Origin: Cyanobium sp.
Lineage (GTDB): Bacteria; Cyanobacteriota; Cyanobacteriia; PCC-6307; Cyanobiaceae
Assembly: GCA_040399125.1 (NCBI GenBank)
Contig: JBBASR010000001.1
Coordinates: 106,050-170,049, forward strand
Length of the DNA stretch: 64,000 bases
Direction of reading: 5' to 3'
The position numbers and the translations under genes were made by a program. The stretch's first letter is position 1. Each line of letters opens with the position of its first letter. The notes below the pieces were generated by a model. The model made no database searches and was not told the DNA's origin. It saw nothing but the letters and a program-made list of their open reading frames with translations. Below, one piece after another: positions 57,088 through 64,000 of the stretch.

Positions 57088-58131
57088 TCATCCCGCAGAG
57101 GGGGTCGGCAGGGCCTGGCGGAGCCGCTCGAGCCGCTGCCAGGCCGCGCCGCTGGCCAGGGCCTCCAGGGCGGGGGGCAGGGCCGCTTCCGGGGAATCGA
57201 ACAGGCCCGCCGCCCAGAGAACCAGCGCCGTGTTCAGCGCCACCACATCCCGCTGGGCCGCCGTACCGGCCCCCCGCAGCACCTGTTCGAGAAGCAGACG
57301 GTTGGTGGCCAGATCTCCCCCGGCGAGGGCCGCCAGCGGGGCCAGCTCCAGACCGAGGGAGAGGGGATCAAGCCACTCGCTGCGCACCGAGCCGTTCTCC
57401 ACCAACCGCAGGGCACTGGGGCCGGAAAGGGAGGCCTCATCCAGGCCGCCATGGCCATGCACCACCACAGCCCGCTTGAGCCCCAGACGGGCAAGGGCCT
57501 CAGCCATCGGATCGAGCAGTTCGGCCCGGGCCACCCCCAGCACCTGGGCTTCCGGCCGCAGCGGATTCACCAGGGGACCCAGCAGGTTGAACACGGTGCG
57601 GACCCCGAGGCTGCGCCGCAGGGGCGCCAGGCCCACCAGGGCCGGATGCCAGCCAGGGGCGAACAGAAAGGTGAGGCCGGCCTCGGGCAGGGCCGCAATC
57701 ACCTGGTCCTGAGGGGCCTGCAGATTGAGGCCAAGGGCCTCGAGCACATCGGCCGACCCCACCCGGCCGCTGGCACTGCGGTTGCCGTGCTTGGCCACAT
57801 GGGCGCCACAGGCCGCTGCGGTGAACGCCACCGCCGTGGAAATGTTGAAGCTGTCGGCGCCATCGCCACCGGTGCCGCAGGTATCCACCAAGGGAAGGGA
57901 AGGACGGCTGCCCGGCAGGGGGCAGGCCCGCCGCAGCACGGCGGCCATGGCCGCCAGTTCCTCTCCGGTCACCCCCTTGGCCCGCAGGGCGGCCAGCAGG
58001 GCCCCGGTGAGGGCTGGCTCGATCCGCTCGGCCAGCCAGCCCTCCATCAGGGCCGTGGCCTGATCCCCATCGAGGTCACGCCCCTGCAGCAACTGCTCAA
58101 GCAGCGGGGGCCAGGCCGGCACGGAACTCAT
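57088..58131 (-). CDS. trpD: Anthranilate phosphoribosyltransferase
   Basis: VDTCGTGGDGADSFNISTAVAFTAAACG...KHGNRSASGRVGSADVLEALG. Confidence 0.93.
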   Translation of the reverse strand: MSSVPAWPPLLEQLLQGRDLDGDQATALMEGWLAERIEPALTGALLAALRAKGVTGEELAAMAAVLRRACPLPGSRPSLPLVDTCGTGGDGADSFNISTAVAFTAAACGAHVAKHGNRSASGRVGSADVLEALGLNLQAPQDQVIAALPEAGLTFLFAPGWHPALVGLAPLRRSLGVRTVFNLLGPLVNPLRPEAQVLGVARAELLDPMAEALARLGLKRAVVVHGHGGLDEASLSGPSALRLVENGSVRSEWLDPLSLGLELAPLAALAGGDLATNRLLLEQVLRGAGTAAQRDVVALNTALVLWAAGLFDSPEAALPPALEALASGAAWQRLERLRQALPTPSAG

Positions 58132-58175
58132 CGGGTGAAGGTGGGGGCCGGCGGCAACCTACCAAGAGCGATCGG

Positions 58176-58210
58176 AAAAGAAAAAAGCCCGGGTGCAAAG
58201 CACACCGGGC
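58176..58210 (-). terminator. Strong intrinsic terminator about 104 nt downstream of the DUF3288 gene
   Basis: The reverse strand reads GCCCGGTGTGC-TTT-GCACCCGGGC (10 bp with one bulge) followed by TTTTTTCTTTT. Confidence 0.7.
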
Positions 58211-58313
58211 CGGGTGATGGGGACAGCTCCACTATCACCCGAGGAGTGCCTTTCTGGCGAATCAGCAGGAAGGATTGCGCTCCGGAATGCGGCAAGGGAA
58301 TCCGGAAGGGAAG

Positions 58314-58637
58314 TCAGCCGGGGGTGTCATCGGCGGTGTCGAAGCCGGAACCCACCGCGGCCACAGGCGCAGCGGCACCCGGGCGGAAGCCGGCGGCCCA
58401 GACGGCGCGGGTGCGGAGGTGGAGCGACTCGCGATCAAGGTTCCAGAGGCGCAGCACCCGGGCCAGATCCTCCTGGAGGTCGGTGGCGCCAGGGAACCCC
58501 TCGAACCGCATCAGCAACCTGGCCGCATCGACCAGGTGTTCGTCCGCAGGGGTCTCAACGGCCAGCAGGCCATCGATCACCTGGCGATCGGACGCATGGA
58601 GGGGGTGATTCTGCTGAGGGGAGATCTGATCGGCCAT
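58314..58637 (-). CDS. DUF3288-like protein (107 aa)
   Basis: HPLHASDRQVIDGLL...LVDAARLLMRFEGFPGATDLQEDLARVLRLWNL. Cyanobacterial conserved hypothetical. The family call is from memory and is moderate. Confidence 0.6.
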   Translation of the reverse strand: MADQISPQQNHPLHASDRQVIDGLLAVETPADEHLVDAARLLMRFEGFPGATDLQEDLARVLRLWNLDRESLHLRTRAVWAAGFRPGAAAPVAAVGSGFDTADDTPG

Positions 58638-58692
58638 GGACCGCGAGCCGTGCTGCTTAGGTTAGGCGCACCCTGCTGAGCGAAGCTCCCGC

Positions 58693-60441
58693 ATGAGCGC
58701 CCTGCGGCTCGATCTGATCCGGCGTTACCTGCGCCCCCACCGCCGCACCGTTCTGCTGGGTGCCGCCACCCTGGTGGTGGTCAATCTGCTGAGCGTGGCC
58801 ATCCCCCAGCTGGTGCGCAAGGTGGTGGATGACCTCCACGACGGCTTCACCCTGCCGGACGTGGCGCGGATGGCAGGGCTGATCGTGCTGCTGGCCACCG
58901 TCATGGGGGGCATGCGGCTGCTGTCCCGGATGCTGGTGTTCGGCGTGGGCCGCCAGGTGGAGGCCACGCTCAAGCAACGGATCTTCGACCACCTGCTGCG
59001 GCAGGAACCCGGCTGGGTGCAGACCACCGGCAGCGGTGAAGTGATCAGCCGCGCCACCAGCGACGTGGAGAACGTGCGCCGGCTGCTGGGCTTTGCGGTG
59101 CTCAGCCTCACCAACACCGTGCTCGCCTATGCGCTGACGCTGCCGGCGATGCTGGCGATTGATCCGGGCCTGAGCCTGGCCGCCCTGGGCCTCTATCCGC
59201 TGATGCTGTTCACGGTGCGGCTGTTCGGAGGGCGCATGATGCGCCAGCAGCGCCGCCAGCAGGAGGCGCTCGCCGAACTCAGCGACCTGATTCAGGAAGA
59301 CCTCTCCGGGATCGGGGCGATCAAGATCTACGGCCAGGAGCGCACCGAACAGGAGGCCTTCGCCCAGCGCAACCGGGTCTATCGCGATGCGGCCCTGGGG
59401 CTTGCCCGCACCCGCAGCACCCTGTTCCCGCTGCTGGAAGGGATCTCTTCCCTGAGCCTGCTGCTGCTGTTGGCGGTGGGCAGCGCCCAGATCGGCAACG
59501 GCAACCTGAGCATCGGCGGCCTGGTGGCCCTGATTCTCTATGTGGAACGACTGGTCTTCCCCACAGCCCTGCTCGGTTTCACCCTCAACACCTTCCAGAC
59601 CGGACAGGTGAGCCTGGAGCGGGTGGAGGCCCTGCTGGAACGCAAGCCGCAGATCGTTTCACCCGCCTCCCCCCTGCCCCCGGCCCGGCCCGCCCTGGGT
59701 GCCGTGGAGGCCCGGGGGCTCACCGTCCGCTACCCCGATGCCCAGCGCGATGCGCTGGTGGACCTCAGCTTCCGGATCGAACCAGGCGAACTGGTGGCGG
59801 TGGTGGGTCCGGTGGGCTGCGGCAAGACCACCCTGGCCCGGGCCCTGGGCCGGATGGTGGAGGTGCCGGCCGGCTCCCTGCTGCTTGATGGGGTCGATAT
59901 CACCACACTGGCGCTGCCCGAACTGCGCCGGTTGGTGGCTCTGGTGCCCCAGGAGGGTTATCTGTTCACCGCCACCCTGGCCGACAACCTCCGCTACGGC
60001 GATCCCGAAGCGCCGATGGCCGCGGTCGAGTCTGCCGCGCGGCAGGCGCGGCTCGAAGGCGACATCAAGGGCTTTCCGGATGGTTACCAGACCCTGGTGG
60101 GAGAGCGGGGCATCACCCTCAGCGGCGGGCAACGCCAACGCACCGCCCTCGGGCGGGCCCTGCTGGTGGATTCCCCCCTGCTGGTGCTCGACGATGCCCT
60201 GGCCAGCGTGGACAACACCACCGCCGCCGGCATCCTGCGCTCCGTGCGCGAAGAGCAGAAGCGCACCGTGGTGATGATCAGCCACCAGCTCTCTGCCGCC
60301 GCCGCCTGCGACCGGATCCTGGTGCTGGAGGAGGGAAGGCTGGTGCAGCAGGGCCACCATCTCGAGCTCCTAGAGCTGCCGGGCACCTACCGGCGGCTGT
60401 GGGATCGGGAACAGGCCAGCGAACAGCTGCAGGCCGCCTGA
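58693..60441 (+). CDS. ABC exporter, fused permease/ATPase (MsbA/multidrug type)
   Basis: Six-TM ABC_membrane domain, then Walker A GPVGCGKTT, signature LSGGQRQR and Walker B LLVLDDA. Confidence 0.88.
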   Translation: MSALRLDLIRRYLRPHRRTVLLGAATLVVVNLLSVAIPQLVRKVVDDLHDGFTLPDVARMAGLIVLLATVMGGMRLLSRMLVFGVGRQVEATLKQRIFDHLLRQEPGWVQTTGSGEVISRATSDVENVRRLLGFAVLSLTNTVLAYALTLPAMLAIDPGLSLAALGLYPLMLFTVRLFGGRMMRQQRRQQEALAELSDLIQEDLSGIGAIKIYGQERTEQEAFAQRNRVYRDAALGLARTRSTLFPLLEGISSLSLLLLLAVGSAQIGNGNLSIGGLVALILYVERLVFPTALLGFTLNTFQTGQVSLERVEALLERKPQIVSPASPLPPARPALGAVEARGLTVRYPDAQRDALVDLSFRIEPGELVAVVGPVGCGKTTLARALGRMVEVPAGSLLLDGVDITTLALPELRRLVALVPQEGYLFTATLADNLRYGDPEAPMAAVESAARQARLEGDIKGFPDGYQTLVGERGITLSGGQRQRTALGRALLVDSPLLVLDDALASVDNTTAAGILRSVREEQKRTVVMISHQLSAAAACDRILVLEEGRLVQQGHHLELLELPGTYRRLWDREQASEQLQAA

Positions 60442-60449
60442 TTGCTTTC

Positions 60450-60469
60450 CTCTCAACACTTGTTGAGAG
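60450..60469 (+). terminator. Perfect 8-bp hairpin just after the ABC exporter stop (terminator candidate without a T-run)
   Basis: CTCTCAAC-actt-GTTGAGAG at 60450..60469. Confidence 0.35.
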
Positions 60470-60526
60470 CGTCTGCTGTAGGCCCCGCAAGCGGCTTAGC
60501 TGGAGAAAACCGTCCGCGAGAACCGC

Positions 60527-60790
60527 ATGGATCCCGGCAAGGCCTACAACCTCCGCTGCACCCTTACCTTCGGCGATATCTACGGTCAGATCCTGCTTTG
60601 GATGGGCGTGATCTTCGTGAGCCTGGCGGCGGGGCTGGCGCTGATGGGAGCCAGCAAACCGGTGTTCGCGCTGGTGGGGGTGGGCTTGATCCTGGTGCTG
60701 TCGCTGCCTTTCCTGCTGTTTGCCTTCACCACCACCCTGCTCAACCACATCGCCCTGGTGCCGGCTGCGAACGCAAATCCAGCTGACTAG
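60527..60790 (+). CDS. Small two-TM membrane protein (87 aa)
   Basis: ILLWMGVIFVSLAAGLALMG and FALVGVGLILVLSLPFLLFAF. ATG verified. Confidence 0.55.
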   Translation: MDPGKAYNLRCTLTFGDIYGQILLWMGVIFVSLAAGLALMGASKPVFALVGVGLILVLSLPFLLFAFTTTLLNHIALVPAANANPAD

Positions 60791-60815
60791 GCTCGGACTT
60801 CTCGCAGATCCAACG

Positions 60816-61550
60816 GTGTTCGGCCTGTTCAGCAAGGCCCCCGACAGCCAGGGCGGCGGCAGTTCGATCGCCAGCCAGCTGGAAGGGGTGAACCACCAGA
60901 TTCTCGGCACACCGATCACGGCAGCGCCCACCGCTGGCCAGGGGGAAGCCCAGTTCGGTTGTGGCTGTTTCTGGGGAGCGGAGAAGGGTTTCTGGCGCCT
61001 GCCGGGGGTGGTGACCACGGCGGTGGGCTACGCCGGAGGACGGATCGACCATCCCAGCTACGACCAGGTGTGCAGCGGCCGCACCGGCCACGCCGAGGTG
61101 GTGCGGGTGGTGTGGGACAAGGCAACGGTGGATTTCAGCGACATCCTGAAGCTGTTCTGGGAGTGCCACGACCCCACCCAGGGGGACCGCCAGGGGAACG
61201 ATCGAGGCAGCCAGTACCGCTCCGCCATCTACGTGGACGATCCGGCCCTGCGCCAACTCGCCGAGTCCAGCAAAGAGGTGTACGCCCAGCTGCTGGCGGA
61301 AGCGGGCTACGGGGCGATCACCACGGAGATCGCCGACCACCGCACGTTCTTCTATGCCGAGCCCTATCACCAGCAATATCTGGCGAAACCGGGCAGCCGC
61401 CCCTACTGTTCGGCCCAGCCGTCCGGTGTGTCGCTGGGAGCATTCCCAGGCGCCGACTACCGACTGCCCGCCAGCGTCTGGACTGCCTACGACTGGAGCA
61501 TTCCCCACTGCGTGCTGCGGGGGGAAAACCAGCCGATCCGGATAGCCTGA
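60816..61550 (+). CDS. msrA: Peptide methionine (S)-sulfoxide reductase
   Basis: AQFGCGCFWGAEKGFWRLPGVVTTAVGYAGG...GHAEVVRVVWD...DPTQGDRQGNDRGSQYRS. In-frame GTG 60816 is the first plausible start after the upstream gene. Confidence 0.9.
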   Translation: MFGLFSKAPDSQGGGSSIASQLEGVNHQILGTPITAAPTAGQGEAQFGCGCFWGAEKGFWRLPGVVTTAVGYAGGRIDHPSYDQVCSGRTGHAEVVRVVWDKATVDFSDILKLFWECHDPTQGDRQGNDRGSQYRSAIYVDDPALRQLAESSKEVYAQLLAEAGYGAITTEIADHRTFFYAEPYHQQYLAKPGSRPYCSAQPSGVSLGAFPGADYRLPASVWTAYDWSIPHCVLRGENQPIRIA

Positions 61551-61582
61551 GCTGCAGCGCCCGATCCCTGCCCCGGCTGCCC

Positions 61583-61933
61583 ATGACCGCCGCCCGACCA
61601 CCGATGATCCCCTGGTTCTGGTGGGGTGGACTGGCCTTCTGGCTCGGCGGCCCAGCCGCGCTGGCCCAGGCGATGAACTCCCCCTGGTGGGAGAACTATG
61701 ACCACCGCGACCGCTACCTCTGCAGCGGCAGCGGCTCCCTGGTGATCGAACGCAACGATTCCCAGGCTTCGCTGATCAGTGGGGGAACCCGGCTCACCCT
61801 GTTCCGCGAAGAAGCCGATGCCCCGGGCCTGCGCTACCGCAATGGCGACATGCGGCTGATCCTGCGGGACGATGAACTCACGGTGGAGCAACTGCCCCGC
61901 CAGCTCACCTGCGTGCGCACCGAACAGGTATGA
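61583..61933 (+). CDS. Secreted protein with an MliC-like (lysozyme-inhibitor-type) beta domain (putative)
   Basis: ATG at 61583 inside track ORF 60959..61933. Signal-like WFWWGGLAFWLGGPAALAQA, then YLCSGSGSLVIERNDSQASLISGGTRLTLFRE..GLRYRNGDMRLILRDDELTVE...LTCVR. The family call is tentative. Confidence 0.55.
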   Translation: MTAARPPMIPWFWWGGLAFWLGGPAALAQAMNSPWWENYDHRDRYLCSGSGSLVIERNDSQASLISGGTRLTLFREEADAPGLRYRNGDMRLILRDDELTVEQLPRQLTCVRTEQV

Positions 61934-62088
61934 ATCCACTTCCCGATCGGGTGGTTCTGCTCTCCCTGGTGATCACGGTGTGCCTCTGCTTCGCCCTGGC
62001 CGCCTGGACCGTGCGGCTCCATCCCTCCGAAGCCCCGCTGCAGTGGCGTGCTCCCTCGCGGGGGAGCTCAGCGGGAGCCCTGATCTGA
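61930..62088 (+). CDS. Candidate 52-aa single-TM protein
   Basis: Not in the track. Sequence: MNPLPDRVVLLSLVITVCLCFALAAWTVRLHPSEAPLQWRAPSRGSSAGALI. The ATG overlaps the upstream stop (ATGA), and its TGA shares a base with the next ATG (TGATG). About 79 percent G/C at codon position 3. Confidence 0.45.
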   Translation: MNPLPDRVVLLSLVITVCLCFALAAWTVRLHPSEAPLQWRAPSRGSSAGALI

Positions 62089-62447
62089 TGGGCCCGGAAG
62101 TGGAGGCCGAAGGCGCCGCTCCCCAGCGCCGGCTCCACCCGCTGCCACGGGGGCTGGTGGAGCTCTACGGGCTGCTGGCGGTGCTGTTCGTGCTGGTGCC
62201 GGAGTGGATGGCTGGCAGCGCCCTGGTGGGCTTCGGCCCCGACCGCCAGGGCAGCGACCTGCCAGCCCCTTCGATCGCCTGGCAACGGGTGCCCGAACTG
62301 CGGCTGGCCGGGATGGCAACGGCCGAACTGAGGTTGCTGGCCCGGCAGCTGCGCCTGCCCGGCTACGCAGGCATGAACCGCAACCGACTCACTGCCCGGC
62401 TGCTGAAACGGTTGAAACGGGCGGCCGGCCGGCGCAAGTCGCTGTGA
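62088..62447 (+). CDS. Membrane protein with a C-terminal Rho_N/HeH-like helix-extension-helix motif
   Basis: ATG at 62088 inside track ORF 61872..62447. TM LVELYGLLAVLFVLVPEWMAGSALVGF. C-terminus LAGMATAELRLLARQLRLPGYAGMNRNRLTARLLKRL. Confidence 0.55.
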   Translation: MGPEVEAEGAAPQRRLHPLPRGLVELYGLLAVLFVLVPEWMAGSALVGFGPDRQGSDLPAPSIAWQRVPELRLAGMATAELRLLARQLRLPGYAGMNRNRLTARLLKRLKRAAGRRKSL

Positions 62448-62462
62448 TAACTTCGTTCTTGC

Positions 62463-62536
62463 CGGGGCGTAGCGCAGCTTGGTAGCGCACCACTTTGGGG
62501 TAGTGGGGGTCGCAGGTTCAAATCCTGTCGCTCCGA
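62463..62536 (+). tRNA. tRNA-Pro (anticodon GGG)
   Basis: Hand-folded cloverleaf. Acceptor CGGGGCG/CGCTCCG (one G-U pair). D-arm GCGC-AGCTTGGTA-GCGC. Anticodon arm CCACT-TTGGGGT-AGTGG. T-arm GCAGG-TTCAAAT-CCTGT. Discriminator A. CCA is not encoded. Confidence 0.9.
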
Positions 62537-62566
62537 TTTGATTCCACCGGTAGCTTTCATCTTTCG

Positions 62567-62594
62567 CCGCCTCCCACCCCGAGGCGGTTTTTTT
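62567..62594 (+). terminator. Intrinsic terminator after tRNA-Pro
   Basis: CCGCCTC-ccacccc-GAGGCGG followed by TTTTTTT (62588..62594). Confidence 0.8.
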
Positions 62595-62816
62595 GTGGTC
62601 AGAAAGATCACCGACCTGCTGGCCGAAGGCCACCAGGACAGCCTGTTCCGACTGCTGGTGCGGGAACAGGTGATCCCGCCGGGCAACGGACCCCACGGGA
62701 CCCACGAGATCCACTGGATCAACGGATCCATCGTTTTCGGGTCGGTTTTTCGTCGCAGACGGTGGCATCCCCTACCGAGGGTCGCTAACCAAGAAACGTG
62801 TCTACCTGATCTGGAG

Positions 62817-64000
62817 ATGAAGCCTGGCCTCCGCCTTCTCGTTGCCACAGGCCTGGTCATCGGGGCTTGCCTGCCCAGCCTCGCAGCTCCTCCCGCATCA
62901 CGGCTGACAGGAACCGTCACTGGCGCCACCTCCCGGCTTGGGGCCCTGCCCCTGGAGAACGGCTATCCCAGCGAGGTGACCTCCCGGAAGCTCTACGACG
63001 AACTCGATTTCCAACGGGCCACCCAGGCCTACCTCTGGGCCTTGCCTGCCGTGGGCTTCAAAGCCCTCTACGACGCCCAGGCGAAAACCATGGGCGTGCG
63101 CAACGGCGATGTGCTGCTCTATCGCACCCTCCAGGACAAGGCGGGGATGCTCACCCCCAACATCACCACCCTGTACGCCTTCAGCTTCTGGGATCTGGCC
63201 AGGCAGGGCCCGCTGGTGGTGGAGGTGCCAGCCGGGCTCACCGCCGGCGGTGTGCTGGACATCTGGCAGCAGCCGATCACCGACATGGGTCAGACGGGGC
63301 CCGACAAGGGCGCCGGCGGCAAATACCTGATCCTTCCCCCCGGAGGGCCGGAGGTGGTGGCGCCCGGCTATCGCATCTTCCGCTCCCCCAGCAACCAGGT
63401 GTGGTTCGGCACCCGCGGCCTGGCGCCCGACAAGGCCGTGGCCGAGGCCACCGTGCGCCAGCACCGCCTCTACGGCTGGAACCAGCGGGCCAATCCGCCG
63501 GCCAGCGGGTACAGCGAAGTTGGCGGTCGCCCCTGGCAATCGGCCCAGCCCACCGACCTCAACTACTGGCGCCTGCTCAGTGAGCTCTATGCCAATGAGC
63601 CCGTTGCCCCTCGCGACCGGATGATGTTCGGGATGCTGTCGCCGCTGGGCATCAGCCCCGGCCAGCCCTTCAACCCCAATGCCCGCCAGGCGCGGATCCT
63701 CGGCGAGGCCGCCCAGCTGGGCGACCTGATGGCCCGCACCATCGCCTACGACAAGCGCACCCCCGGCGCCACGGTGTACCCGGGCAAGCACTGGGAGTAT
63801 GCGGTGCTGTTCGATCTCGACCAGGAATCCCCCGACAAACGCCACGTGCAGTTCGACGAGCGCAGCTCCTGGTTCTACGAGGCGATTGGCATGTCGGTGG
63901 GGATGCAGGGCCGGGTGGTGGGCTTCGGCCAGGTGTATCTGGAGGCCTCCAAGGACGCCAGGGGCCAGTGGCTCGACGGCGGCCGCACCTATCGCATGCG
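62817..64000 (+). CDS. Secreted DUF1254/DUF1214-domain protein (3' end beyond the window)
   Basis: Not in the track (no stop in the window). ATG at 62817. MKPGLRLLVATGLVIGACLPSLAAPPA...YDELDFQRATQAYLWALPAVGF...GGKYLILPPG...WFYEAIGMSVGM. The frame is open to 64000 with strong G/C at codon position 3. Confidence 0.8.
   Translation, partial: MKPGLRLLVATGLVIGACLPSLAAPPASRLTGTVTGATSRLGALPLENGYPSEVTSRKLYDELDFQRATQAYLWALPAVGFKALYDAQAKTMGVRNGDVLLYRTLQDKAGMLTPNITTLYAFSFWDLARQGPLVVEVPAGLTAGGVLDIWQQPITDMGQTGPDKGAGGKYLILPPGGPEVVAPGYRIFRSPSNQVWFGTRGLAPDKAVAEATVRQHRLYGWNQRANPPASGYSEVGGRPWQSAQPTDLNYWRLLSELYANEPVAPRDRMMFGMLSPLGISPGQPFNPNARQARILGEAAQLGDLMARTIAYDKRTPGATVYPGKHWEYAVLFDLDQESPDKRHVQFDERSSWFYEAIGMSVGMQGRVVGFGQVYLEASKDARGQWLDGGRTYRM

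Noticed and set aside
58241-58248. ACUCCUC on the minus strand as a possible Yfr1 sRNA
   Set aside because: The full conserved Yfr1 motif ACUCCUCACAC is not present, and the element abuts a hairpin rather than sitting between two stem-loops. It is kept only as a generic sRNA candidate in the findings.
55855-58608. 917-aa plus-strand ORF
   Set aside because: It is antisense to carA and trpD, both with clear catalytic motifs. Its composition is dominated by G, R, P, A, Q and H, with no recognisable domain.
61905-62768. 287-aa minus-strand ORF
   Set aside because: It runs straight through the tRNA-Pro gene and its terminator, and it is antisense to the better-supported plus-strand small genes.
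62463-64000. tRNA-Pro as the edge of a genomic island
   Set aside because: There is no integrase, no direct repeat of the tRNA 3' end in the remaining 1.4 kb, and no visible shift in GC content or codon bias. Only the coding-like remnant was retained as a low-interest finding.
1-64000. Search for CRISPR arrays, transposases/IS ends, rRNA, toxin-antitoxin or known defence-gene signatures
   Set aside because: I saw none while reading both strands. Apart from the 15-bp triplet at 30552 and the coding repeats in rlmB, no spaced direct repeats were found. A computational repeat and HMM scan would be needed to be definitive.

Overview
High-GC cyanobacterial chromosome segment with strong G/C at codon position 3 and scattered HIP1 GCGATCGC palindromes. 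Gene content is typical of the Synechococcus/Cyanobium picocyanobacterial clade (pcyA, apcF, gun4-domain, psb28, PAM68-like, NtcA-type glnA promoter). I support about 75 protein genes, one tRNA-Pro(GGG), several intrinsic terminators and a few regulatory motifs. The window is almost entirely core housekeeping. This covers translation (tsf, rpsB, rpsO, gatA, tadA, rsmA, mrnC-rlmB), replication and repair (dnaE, dnaG, ruvA, umuDC), envelope and secretion (lspA, FHA-PBP1A, secDF, DevBCA-like exporter), metabolism (glnA, carA, trpD, ispE, pdhB, msrA) and photosynthesis assembly. I found no transposase, integrase, prophage, CRISPR array, rRNA or recognisable defence island, and I cannot honestly point to a clear-cut novel multi-gene system. 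Many long ORFs in the six-frame track are antisense artefacts of the high GC content. The track also misses ORFs that run off the window (tsf, a DUF1254/DUF1214 gene) and ORFs under 60 aa. The observations most worth follow-up are listed here. (1) A natively truncated UmuD that lacks the RecA-cleavable arm, is coupled to umuC, and sits behind a LexA-box-like palindrome. (2) A response regulator / histidine kinase / GDT1 / CDF / cytochrome-b-like operon that looks like a metal-efflux regulon. (3) A GAF-GGDEF protein with a scrambled GDGEF active site but an intact RxxD I-site. (4) Three tandem 15-bp direct repeats in the rsmA divergent promoter. (5) Twin GTA-N8-TAC NtcA boxes at glnA. (6) Several well-packed unannotated micro-ORFs of 31, 51, 52 and 64 aa. 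(7) A start/stop-overlapping three-gene chain ending at tRNA-Pro. (8) An RlmB with a roughly 250-aa Arg/Gly-repeat extension. (9) A structured terminator-bearing 3' region that could be an sRNA. Start codons are often uncertain, because many track ORFs begin with TTG or GTG.
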